Of a stretch of 32,000 nt of DNA, positions 17,165 to 24,830 are shown one piece after another. Location of the stretch: contig NC_007517.1 in the NCBI RefSeq assembly GCF_000012925.1, positions 3,510,001-3,542,000 on the forward strand. The letters are read 5' to 3'. How positions within the stretch are numbered: position 1 is the stretch's first letter; every line of letters starts with the position of its first letter. Origin of the DNA: Geobacter metallireducens GS-15. GTDB taxonomy: Bacteria; Desulfobacterota; Desulfuromonadia; Geobacterales; Geobacteraceae. The notes beneath the pieces are model-generated. The model was not told the origin of the DNA. It was given only the letters and a program-made list of their open reading frames with translations, and did no database searches. Position numbers and translations under genes: made by a program.

Positions 17165-17405
17165 GGAACGTCCCTTTCTCCTTGATGTCGGCCAAATCTA
17201 GCAGAACGTAAAATATATGAATTTATATATATGTATTGCACTCGATTGTGTCAACCGTAAAAGTATACCGGAAGGAGATAATTTGTCAGAGCTCTCAGCA
17301 AACGCCCGGGGATTTCATGTGCGGAGTGGTTGGGGGGTGAAATGAATTGACAAGGGGGGGGGCGGGCCTTTAGACTCGGACCCCTGCTGAACTAGGGAGG
17401 ATGAC

Positions 17406-17888
17406 GTGCTGGACAAGGAAAAGTGGAAAAAGAACTTCAGGGCCATCCTCTCCCTCGACAGCCATCCGGGGCACATCGCCGCCGGCCTTGCCGTGGGGGT
17501 CTTCATCAGCTTCACCCCTTTCTTCACGTTCCACACGGTCCTGGCCATCGCGGCCGCCTTCATCTTCCGGCTCAACAAGCTCACCTGCATCACCGGCGCC
17601 TGGGTCAACACCCCCTTTACCGTGGTCCCCATCCTGGCGGCCAGCTACAAGCTGGGGCGGGTGGTCCGGGGACTCCCCCCCCAGGAGTTCCATTTCAAGG
17701 GGCTCCACTGGGCTTACCTGAAGAGCCACGCCGCCACCCTCATAGTGGGAACCTCCCTCCTCGGCTTTGCCGCCGCCCTCGTCTCCTACGCCCTCTGCTA
17801 TTGGCTCGTGGTCCGCTTCCGGAAAAAGGATGAAACCCTTGCCACCCTTGCCGATGAGATGGAAGAGGTCGGCGAAGAGCTGGAATAG
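17406..17888 (+). CDS. DUF2062 domain membrane protein
   Basis: The 160-aa ORF has a GTG start preceded by GGGAGG. It contains HPGHIAAGLAVGVFISFTPFFTFHTVLAIAAAFIFRLNK...GAWVNTPFT, typical of DUF2062. Confidence 0.8.
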   Translation: MLDKEKWKKNFRAILSLDSHPGHIAAGLAVGVFISFTPFFTFHTVLAIAAAFIFRLNKLTCITGAWVNTPFTVVPILAASYKLGRVVRGLPPQEFHFKGLHWAYLKSHAATLIVGTSLLGFAAALVSYALCYWLVVRFRKKDETLATLADEMEEVGEELE

Positions 17889-17917
17889 AAAAAGCGGGGA
17901 CGATGCCCCGCTTTTTC
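17888..17917. terminator. Bidirectional rho-independent terminator between the DUF2062 gene (+) and pit (-)
   Basis: The sequence aaaaagcgggg-acgatg-ccccgcttttt has a GC stem flanked by an A-run and a T-run. Confidence 0.8.
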
Positions 17918-17964
17918 TGTTTCCTGTCGATTTGTCACCCGCCACTGTTCAGCGGCAACTCCGC

Positions 17965-18966
17965 TCACTTCCCAAGAATAGGATTGAGAACCTGGTAGCA
18001 GACATAGGCCATGATCGCCGATGCCGGGATGGTCAGGACCCAGGCGACGACTATCCTCCCGGCCACGTTCCAGTTGACCGCTGTGAGGCGCTTTGAGAGA
18101 CCAACGCCGAGAATTGCGGACGTGATGACGTGAGTAGTACTGACCGGCATCCCGATGGATGACGCCCCCAGAATGACCCCGGCCGAGGCGGTTTCGACAC
18201 AGAAGCCGTGAACGGGCTGAAGCTTCACGAAGTCTTTGCCGACGGTCTTGATGATCCGCCACCCGCCGGCGGCGGTGCCGAGCCCCATGGCCACGGCGCA
18301 GGCAATCTTCACCCAGGTGGGAACAACGAAGGAGGAGAGGGCTCCGTAGCTCACCAGCGCCATGGTGATGACCCCCATGGACTTCTGGGCGTCGGCGGTG
18401 CCGTGGGAGAAGGCCATGAAGGCCGCCGAGAGAACCTGAAGTCGCCGGAAGTGTTTATTAATGGAATAGGGTGATGTGCTTTTAAAACACCAGAGCATGA
18501 TGACCATGACGGCGAAACCGAGGAAGGTTCCCACGATGGGGGAAAGGACCAGGGAGAGGACGATCTTTTCGAGGCCTTTCCAGTGGAGGGCCGTCGTGCC
18601 GGCATGGGCGATCACCGCACCCATGAGTCCACCGATGATGGCGTGGGAGGAGGAGGCGGGGAGTCCGTAGTACCAGGTGATCAAATCCCAGACAATGGCG
18701 CCGAGGATCCCCGCCAGGACCACCATCTGGGTAACGTTGGGCGCATCGACGATCCCCTTGCCGATGGTGGCGGCCACCTTGGTGGAGATCATGGCGCCGG
18801 CGAAGTTCAGCACCGCCGCCATGATAATGGCGGCCCTGACGGAGAGTGCCCGGGTCGAGACGCAGGTGGCGATGGCATTTGCCGTATCGTGGAAGCCGTT
18901 GATGTAGTCGAACGCCAGCGCCGCTCCGATGACCAGGACGAGCATGATCAACGTGGCATCAAGCAT
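17965..18966 (-). CDS. pit: Inorganic phosphate transporter, PiT family
   Basis: The 333-aa polytopic protein has an N-terminal FDYINGFHDTANAIAT and an internal FSHGTADAQKSMG, the duplicated PiT (PHO4) signatures. Confidence 0.92.
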   Translation of the reverse strand: MLDATLIMLVLVIGAALAFDYINGFHDTANAIATCVSTRALSVRAAIIMAAVLNFAGAMISTKVAATIGKGIVDAPNVTQMVVLAGILGAIVWDLITWYYGLPASSSHAIIGGLMGAVIAHAGTTALHWKGLEKIVLSLVLSPIVGTFLGFAVMVIMLWCFKSTSPYSINKHFRRLQVLSAAFMAFSHGTADAQKSMGVITMALVSYGALSSFVVPTWVKIACAVAMGLGTAAGGWRIIKTVGKDFVKLQPVHGFCVETASAGVILGASSIGMPVSTTHVITSAILGVGLSKRLTAVNWNVAGRIVVAWVLTIPASAIMAYVCYQVLNPILGK

Positions 18967-19576
18967 TTTTCACCACCACGCTTTCCAGAATGTTGGCCGC
19001 GTCCTCGCACTTGTCGGTTGCCCGCTCCAGGGTCTCGTAGATCTCTTTCCACTTGATGAGCTGGATCGGGTCCTTCTCCTCGTCGAAGAGGCGGCTGATG
19101 GCCTCGCGGCAGACCCGGTCAGCCTCGTTCTCCAGGGCATTCACCTCCACGCAGGATTCGGCGATGTGCTCGAACTTGCCGCCGAGCTGGGCCACCGCCT
19201 TGGCAACCGCCTCGCACGACTTGAGGATGATGAAGGCGAGCTCCTTGGCCTCCGGGGTCGGCTTCTCCACGTTGTACATGATGAAGCGCTGCGATGATGC
19301 GTCAATCAGGTCCAGGATATCGTCCAGGGCAGCGGAGAGAGCATAGATGTCTTCCCGGTCCAGGGGGGTAACGAAGCTTTTGTTGAGTTTCTGGATGATG
19401 TCGTGGGTTATGTGGTCACCCTTGTGCTCCACGTCCTTGATCCGCTTCTGCATCCCCTGGGGATCGTCGTAGTTGTCGATCATATCCTTGAGGAGCTTGG
19501 CCCCCTCGATGATATTGGCGGTCATGTCCTTGAACAGGGCGAAAAATTTTTCTTCCTTCGGAATAAGGCCGAACAT
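18959..19576 (-). CDS. DUF47 / PhoU-like (TIGR00153) phosphate-transport-associated protein
   Basis: MFGLIPKEEKFFALFKDM...HKGDHITHDIIQKLNKSFVTPLDREDIYALSAALDDILD... matches the family. It overlaps the pit start by 8 nt. I chose the ATG at 19576 (GGAGGG RBS) rather than 19660. Confidence 0.88.
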   Translation of the reverse strand: MFGLIPKEEKFFALFKDMTANIIEGAKLLKDMIDNYDDPQGMQKRIKDVEHKGDHITHDIIQKLNKSFVTPLDREDIYALSAALDDILDLIDASSQRFIMYNVEKPTPEAKELAFIILKSCEAVAKAVAQLGGKFEHIAESCVEVNALENEADRVCREAISRLFDEEKDPIQLIKWKEIYETLERATDKCEDAANILESVVVKNA

Positions 19577-19684
19577 TGCTCCCTCCGCTTCTGGTGCGGC
19601 AGCAAAACGCCGCGGGTTTAAGGTCCAAAACAGATGAGACATAGCATAAAATCCCCCCACTGCCTATGAAATTATTACAACTGC

Positions 19685-19703
19685 GTTACAACTCCGTGTA
19701 CTT
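19685..19703. promoter_or_regulatory. Tandem direct repeat TTACAACT-GCG-TTACAACT (11-bp period) in the divergent DUF47-pit / uppP promoter region; candidate OmpR/PhoB-type response-regulator site
   Basis: Two perfect 8-bp copies lie 11 bp apart start to start. They are 109-127 nt upstream of the DUF47 ATG and 78-96 nt upstream of the uppP ATG. Confidence 0.3.
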
Positions 19704-19780
19704 CACTCCACTCTTTGACTTGTAGCGACACATCGGTTACGCTACGACGCTCACTTCAGGACGCCAAGGAGAAAGCAGTC

Positions 19781-20590
19781 ATGAATCCCCTTCACGCAAC
19801 AGTTCTCGGAGCCATTCAGGGTCTCACCGAAGTGCTCCCCGTCAGCAGTTCAGCGCACCTGATTCTCATTCCCTGGCTCTTCGGGTGGCCCGAATCGGGG
19901 ATCACCTTCGACGTGGCCCTCCATCTGGGAACCCTCATCGCTCTCGCCCTCTACTTCCGCCGCGACATCGCCGAACTGGTCGTGAATGCCCTCTCGGGCC
20001 TCACAGGGGGGGCACACTCCTCCGCCACCCGGCTTCCCTGGTACATCATCGCCGGCTGCGTCCCCGCCGCCATCGTCGGAAAGACCCTCGAAGAGCCCAT
20101 CGAAGCGATCTTCCGCGCCAACCCGGCCATTATCGCCGCTTTCCTGATCGGCTTCGGGCTTCTGCTGGCCCTGGCGGACACCCTCGGTTCGAAAAAGTCG
20201 CGCATGGACCAGATCGACCTCAAGAACGCCATGATGATCGGTCTCGCCCAGTGCCTAGCGCTCCTCCCCGGCGTCTCCCGCTCGGGGATCACCATCACCG
20301 CGGCGCTCTTCCTCGGCTTCAGCCGGGAAACGGCGGCCCGGTTTTCTTTCCTCCTCTCCCTCCCCATCGTGGCCGGAGCGGCGCTCCTGAAGGTGGGGCA
20401 CCTGGTGCGGCACGGCGTTCCCGAAGGGGAACTGCAGCCGCTCCTGATCGGCGTCGGCGTCTCGGCAGTGTTCGGCTATGTGAGCGTCGCCCTCCTCCTC
20501 AAGCTGGTGCAGCGCTACTCGCTCTACCCCTTTGTCTGGTACCGGCTCCTGGCAGGGGCAGGAGTGCTACTCTTCATCTTCAACCAATAA
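19781..20590 (+). CDS. uppP: Undecaprenyl-diphosphate phosphatase (BacA/UppP)
   Basis: MNPLHATVLGAIQGLTEVLPVSSSAHLILIPWLFGW... together with PGVSRSGITITAA gives the canonical BacA motifs. An AAGGAG RBS precedes the ATG at 19781. Confidence 0.93.
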   Translation: MNPLHATVLGAIQGLTEVLPVSSSAHLILIPWLFGWPESGITFDVALHLGTLIALALYFRRDIAELVVNALSGLTGGAHSSATRLPWYIIAGCVPAAIVGKTLEEPIEAIFRANPAIIAAFLIGFGLLLALADTLGSKKSRMDQIDLKNAMMIGLAQCLALLPGVSRSGITITAALFLGFSRETAARFSFLLSLPIVAGAALLKVGHLVRHGVPEGELQPLLIGVGVSAVFGYVSVALLLKLVQRYSLYPFVWYRLLAGAGVLLFIFNQ

Positions 20591-20678
20591 AACATCCTGA
20601 GCCTCTTTTCATTATTTACCACCCATGCTACAGTTCCCGCTCCCGATCCGGCACCAATCAGCAGGGAGGAACGACCAT

Positions 20679-21152
20679 ATGGCAGGCGGCATCAAGGCGT
20701 GGCCCGAGGACGAGCGTCCCCGGGAAAAACTCATGCGACGGGGAAGTCCGGCCCTCTCCGACGCGGAACTTCTGGCCCTCATCATCCGCACCGGCGACTC
20801 GGTCAGCAGGCGGAGCGCCATCGACCTCGGCAGGGCGCTCCTTCAGGAGTTCGGCGATCTCCGGGCCCTGGCCGGCGCCACCGTGGGGGAGCTCTGCGCC
20901 GTGAAGGGGACCGGACCGGCCAAGGCGGCCTCCATCAAGGCGGCCCTGGAGATCGCGTCCCGCATCAACTCTGAGCGACTCATGATCTGCAGCGAGCGGT
21001 TCACCTCCCCCGAACAGGTCTACAACCACTACCACTATGCCTTTCGGGACCGGCGCAAGGAGTACTTCATGGTGCTGCTGCTGGACGGAAAGAACCGGAT
21101 CATGCGGGAAGTGCAGATATCGGAAGGAAGCCTCAACCAGAGTATCGTGTAG
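20679..21152 (+). pseudogene. radC: radC (UPF0758 / JAB-domain protein), 3'-truncated: the N-terminal HhH part and the start of the JAB domain only
   Basis: MAGGIKAWPEDERPREKLMRRGSPALSDAELLALIIRTG...VKGTGPAKAASIKAALE...EYFMVLLLDGKNRIMREVQISEGSLNQSIV then stops. The family normally continues with HPREVF... and the HNHPSG JAMM motif. The stop coincides with an abrupt fall in GC content. Confidence 0.8.
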
Positions 21153-21184
21153 AATTTAACCCCGAAACATTTCTTTAAAATGGT

Positions 21185-21223
21185 AGCCCTTGGGACACAC
21201 AACTTGCCCAAGGGCTTTTTTTA
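21185..21223 (+). terminator. Rho-independent terminator just inside the island's left end
   Basis: agcccttggg-acacacaacttg-cccaagggct is followed by ttttttt. Confidence 0.75.
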
Positions 21224-21497
21224 TTTCATTAGAGTTCAAGACTCAACCCCATCACTCCACACCCCCCCACAACACCTTATAATTACATATATTTCTCCCT
21301 GCGCAACATTAGGTAAAAATAATTTATTTTATCCCGAGTTTTTGGGTCTTCCGAACATAAATAAACATGTTCAAGACCAAGTCTGAACTGAACCTCGAAA
21401 TGAACAACGCAGATCACTCCATCAGCAATGCTATGGGGCACTGCAACTAAACATTGAAAAATCACTATATCTACTTGATGGGAAAGGTGCATCTAAA

Positions 21498-22037
21498 ATG
21501 AACATTGAATCTACATATTCATATACATACCAAGACCAGCTCCACAAGAGCTATAAGGACTTTATAATGCAGTGCGCACCGTTTTCGTACTTTATAACGC
21601 TAACGTTCAGAAATCGGCAATCCGAAGACGAAAGCAAGCGGCAGATAAACTTTCTGCTTCATTTGCTTAAACAAAAGGTATTGGGAAGGAAATCAGACGG
21701 AGAGTATTTGAACGGATTTTGTGCTTTTGAAAAACATCGCTCTTTTGCAAACAATGAACTGCACTGTCATATTCTTTTATGTTCTCATGACAAACTGGAC
21801 TGTGAGGGCAAAAAGCCCTTTTCTGAGCACTTTTATGAGTGCTTGGGGAAGGTCAATGTTCAGTACGGGGTGCTTCATGGAAAGGACATTCCGCAGGTCA
21901 AAGCCTTTGCCAAAAATTGTTGTGATATTACTGTAATTTATGACTTGGATGGTCTAGTTAGCTATTTCACAAAGACCTTTGAAAGGAATTTGAACTTAGA
22001 TGCTTTTCAACCAATAGGCAAGTATGGAATACAATAG
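21498..22037 (+). CDS. HUH-motif endonuclease-like protein (rolling-circle Rep / inovirus Gp2, YagK-YfjJ-like)
   Basis: The 179-aa ORF carries the three ordered HUH-Rep motifs: FITLTF (motif I), ELHCHILL (H-u-H, motif II) and VSYFTKT (Y-x-x-K, motif III). Confidence 0.5.
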   Translation: MNIESTYSYTYQDQLHKSYKDFIMQCAPFSYFITLTFRNRQSEDESKRQINFLLHLLKQKVLGRKSDGEYLNGFCAFEKHRSFANNELHCHILLCSHDKLDCEGKKPFSEHFYECLGKVNVQYGVLHGKDIPQVKAFAKNCCDITVIYDLDGLVSYFTKTFERNLNLDAFQPIGKYGIQ

Positions 22038-22046
22038 GAGAAGGAT

Positions 22047-22226
22047 ATGCTAAAGCCTTATCGACAATCTCTTTATCATTGCAAGAAAACAGGGACCAAC
22101 AAACAGCGCCTCAGTATTTATGTCCCAGAAGACACGATGCAGAAGCTGGAGAATTGGATAGCTAAAAATGAATCAAAAATGACTCCTGGTCAAGCAATTA
22201 CAGACATATTGTCAATGGTGCTATAA
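22047..22226 (+). CDS. Small ribbon-helix-helix-like protein (59 aa, not in the ORF track)
   Basis: The ATG follows AGGAGAAGGAT. The translation is MLKPYRQSLYHCKKTGTNKQRLSIYVPEDTMQKLENWIAKNESKMTPGQAITDILSMVL. The segment RLSIYVPEDTMQKLENWI has the beta-strand/helix pattern of CopG/RHH proteins. It lies 9 nt after the Rep-like stop. Confidence 0.5.
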   Translation: MLKPYRQSLYHCKKTGTNKQRLSIYVPEDTMQKLENWIAKNESKMTPGQAITDILSMVL

Positions 22227-22258
22227 TTACATTTTTTGCCATACGCTAACTATATAAA

Positions 22259-22504
22259 TTATATAATTTTATTTTTTGTCTTGTACCTGTTGCTGTTAAT
22301 AAATTGCTTGAATGTCATAAAATTTTTGAGTATGGATGTATCAGACAATGAAATGTCCTTACTTCTTTTGGTTTCCGCGCAGTTATTGCACGATTTTTCT
22401 TGATGGTCGACATCCGTACCAGAATTGCAGTCACAATTACCTGTAATACTTTTCGTATCCAGTTTTATGTCTTTATTGCCCACCTTGCCCCTCCACTGAA
22501 TCAA
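22259..22504 (-). CDS. Hypothetical Cys-containing 81-aa ORF (weak)
   Basis: The ORF has a TTG start, no clear RBS and AT-rich sequence, and I recognise no family. It is listed only because it is the sole ORF in this spacer. Confidence 0.15.
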   Translation of the reverse strand: MIQWRGKVGNKDIKLDTKSITGNCDCNSGTDVDHQEKSCNNCAETKRSKDISLSDTSILKNFMTFKQFINSNRYKTKNKII

Positions 22505-22560
22505 ATTGTTAGTAGCAACGGCAAACCGTCGTTGCTTTAACTGTATTTATCGTATTTCTT

Positions 22561-22845
22561 GTGGGCAAATTTACCTTATACAGCCTGACATGGTACTGGA
22601 CCATGCAGCGGGCAAGCGTTAAACTGGGGATATTCGTAACTATGCGGGAGCCGACGCGGGGGATTCTTGGAACAGTCCAATGTTACGGATACTATGATTA
22701 CCAGCTGTCCGAAAACTTGCCAGTGCAGCGGATACCGAGTATCCATGTGTTATCGGAGGAGCAGTTCTTCCGGGGAAAATATCCCCATGAGCTACTCCTG
22801 CCACACCGAGGGACAGTCGGGAATACACGAAGGGCGATAACCTAG
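22561..22845 (+). pseudogene. Probable decayed 3' remnant of a DNA methyltransferase/REase-like-domain gene
   Basis: GIFVTMREPTRGILGTVQCYGYYDYQLSENLPVQRIPSIHVLSEEQFFRGKYPHELLLP resembles the conserved C-terminal pattern G-hh-IT-EEPT--M--EA--AG-Y-S------P-hQIhTIEELL-GK----P that I remember from a family of site-specific DNA methyltransferases. Key positions here are degenerate. Confidence 0.3.
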
Positions 22846-22905
22846 GGGAATATCGGGTAACTGTCTCTTTTCGACTTGGCAGCAGCAGGACAGGGACAAT
22901 ATAAA

Positions 22906-24624
22906 TCAAGCAGTCAAAACTGCTGCACGAGCAAGCACAGTTCTATCAATTTCAGCCTTCCATTCGGGAGCATGCAGGTCCGGTCGGAAACCGGTGCAGA
23001 TATTCAGCAGTTCCCGGATTTCTGCAACCCTAACATTGCCCGAACGGAACATGGCTTCGAACAGTGTCTTAAACTGGGCTATGGTCAGCGGAATAATGTC
23101 CAGTCCCATTCTATTATCGTCCCGGTCATACCAGACGCCGATACGGAACGTTTCAGCGGTATTGCTGTCAATCTTCTTGGCAAGGAACAGCCCATAAACC
23201 GGCTTATTCTGGGCAGCATACCGGACAACCTCGTCTGCTACATGCCGTCGGACTGGTTCCCCTTCAGCAGCTTCCTGCCGGGAATTCTCCGTCAGAGTGA
23301 CCTCAACGACGACCACAAAATCCTCAAATTCAAACAGCAGGTCAGGACCACCGCCCGGAGCCGGTCCAATAGGCAGGAAGTCCTGATCAATTTTGAACCG
23401 GCGAGCTTCGTAAGGACGGTTCATAAGGCTATCAATGGCAAGGAACGCCCGCCATAGCGTCCACTCGAAGTATGCTGGAGCTTCCGCCTGTGGAATGGCA
23501 ATAGCCTCTTCATCGTCATCGCCACCACGACGCCTACGCGGATTGATAAGCAGGTCCATATACTCCGCTATCTCATGCCATTCTTCCCCTTGGCGGTTCG
23601 CATATTCCTCTTCATTCATCCGGGACAGGATATCTTCGGCTTCGTGCCGGACAATCGCTATATCGGCAGCAGTATCAACCGTTCTTCCGGTAATGTTGAA
23701 CTGGACACCCCGGCGATTGACTTGAGCAACAAGGTCGTAAAGGACTATCCGAGCCGTATCACGGTTATCAGTCGGCAGCGTAGCGCCGTTGCACAGAGAA
23801 GAAACAAGCCGAAGGTCATTATCCGGAAGGGCAATATCCGCCACCAGCTGTTCAACAAAGACGTGTTTCTCCGGAACAATAGCAATCCCTCGTCCCTTGC
23901 TTTGCACAAGACCGGTAGCTTTCAGATACCGGAAGTTTGTATCTGCATAATCCCGGAATGTGCCCGGAGCATACTGATGCTCCACACCAGCGGCATTATA
24001 GCTATCTTGGTCGAAACGCCGCTTGTTCTGCGCTTCACTGCGTGCAGCGCGGAAAGTCAGTATCTGGTCAACGATTTCAACCGTTGGCGCTTCTGTGGCG
24101 GTAAGTTGGACATACAGCGCCATTTCCTGAAAGTTCAGCCTGCTTTCACCGGTCCGACGTTCCAGTTCCAGCAGCACCGCCAAGGTATGACGTAAAGGGG
24201 AAAACAGATTGTAGGTGTAATTTGGTTCAAGAACCGAAGGAATGTAATATGCTGCCAAGGACCGCAGGAAGCATTCCTGAATGCCGGAAACGCTTTCCGC
24301 TTCCACCAGTCGGCGACCGTTTGGGGTAATGATAAACGGTCTGCCCAGTTCTTCCTGTGCAATCCCGGCTCGTGTTGGAAGCTCCGGATAGATAAAGCCA
24401 AGCTGGCTCAATGCCGCCCGCCACTTGCGTCCCATGTCGGATACGTCTGCATCCGGTCGGATAATATTCACTACGCCAGCGTGGTGAAGTTCCCAAGCGA
24501 AACGGATTTCGTTTTCACGTCCCTTGATATTTCCGTCAAGGTTCGAGGTCGCTAATGCTAAAAGACCGTCGCGCAACCTGAATGGATTACGGACGGTCGT
24601 ATTGCCAAGGTACCAAGGTCTCAT
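22906..24624 (-). CDS. AlwI/BstNBI-family Type IIS restriction (or nicking) endonuclease
   Basis: The 572-aa ORF resembles my recollection of Nt.BstNBI/AlwI-family sequences. The matches are N-terminal WYLGNTTVRNPFRL, FRDYADTNFRYLKATGLVQSKG (family: RDVADATTRYFRYTGLF), FEWTLWRAFLAI, and the catalytic region GGGPDLLFEFEDFVVVVEVTLTENSRQ...EPVRRHV (family: GNQPDMEIIYEDFIVLGEVTTSKG...EPVTRHY). Confidence 0.8.
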   Translation of the reverse strand: MRPWYLGNTTVRNPFRLRDGLLALATSNLDGNIKGRENEIRFAWELHHAGVVNIIRPDADVSDMGRKWRAALSQLGFIYPELPTRAGIAQEELGRPFIITPNGRRLVEAESVSGIQECFLRSLAAYYIPSVLEPNYTYNLFSPLRHTLAVLLELERRTGESRLNFQEMALYVQLTATEAPTVEIVDQILTFRAARSEAQNKRRFDQDSYNAAGVEHQYAPGTFRDYADTNFRYLKATGLVQSKGRGIAIVPEKHVFVEQLVADIALPDNDLRLVSSLCNGATLPTDNRDTARIVLYDLVAQVNRRGVQFNITGRTVDTAADIAIVRHEAEDILSRMNEEEYANRQGEEWHEIAEYMDLLINPRRRRGGDDDEEAIAIPQAEAPAYFEWTLWRAFLAIDSLMNRPYEARRFKIDQDFLPIGPAPGGGPDLLFEFEDFVVVVEVTLTENSRQEAAEGEPVRRHVADEVVRYAAQNKPVYGLFLAKKIDSNTAETFRIGVWYDRDDNRMGLDIIPLTIAQFKTLFEAMFRSGNVRVAEIRELLNICTGFRPDLHAPEWKAEIDRTVLARAAVLTA

Positions 24625-24803
24625 TTGACAACAGTCAGAAGACGGAAAAGTTTCTGTTCCATTTTCACCAACGGTTGCAGCAGGTCATAAGCGTGCTCCA
24701 CCAGTATCATGTCGTCTGCCTTGTATAGTTCGGTTACAGATTGGCGGGAAAGGTCAAGCGCCTGCTGCGCCGCTTCCAACTTCTCACGGTCTGTTAATAA
24801 CAT
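24621..24803 (-). CDS. 60-aa helical protein translationally coupled to the AlwI-family gene (function unknown)
   Basis: A strong AGGAGG RBS lies 4 nt upstream of the ATG. The stop overlaps the endonuclease start (ATGA). Its GC content resembles the R gene, not the AT-rich gene upstream. Confidence 0.6.
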   Translation of the reverse strand: MLLTDREKLEAAQQALDLSRQSVTELYKADDMILVEHAYDLLQPLVKMEQKLFRLLTVVK

Positions 24804-24830
24804 ATTGCCTCCTGAACCTATATAAACTTA

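Noticed and set aside
17165-17405. Unusually AT-rich stretch (aaaatatatgaatttatatatatgtattgc) in the divergent region between the TolC operon and the DUF2062 gene, plus a 19-codon TTG ORF after GGAAGGAG.
   Set aside because: It is consistent with an ordinary divergent promoter or UP-element region. I could define no convincing repeat, operator or conserved peptide.
22876-24195. Plus-strand ORFs (22876-23457, 23575-24195 and others) inside the AlwI-family gene. Plus-strand ORFs also occur inside the methylase gene (26579-26998, 27458-27736).
   Set aside because: They are antisense to genes with strong family-level similarity and have no RBS or motifs.
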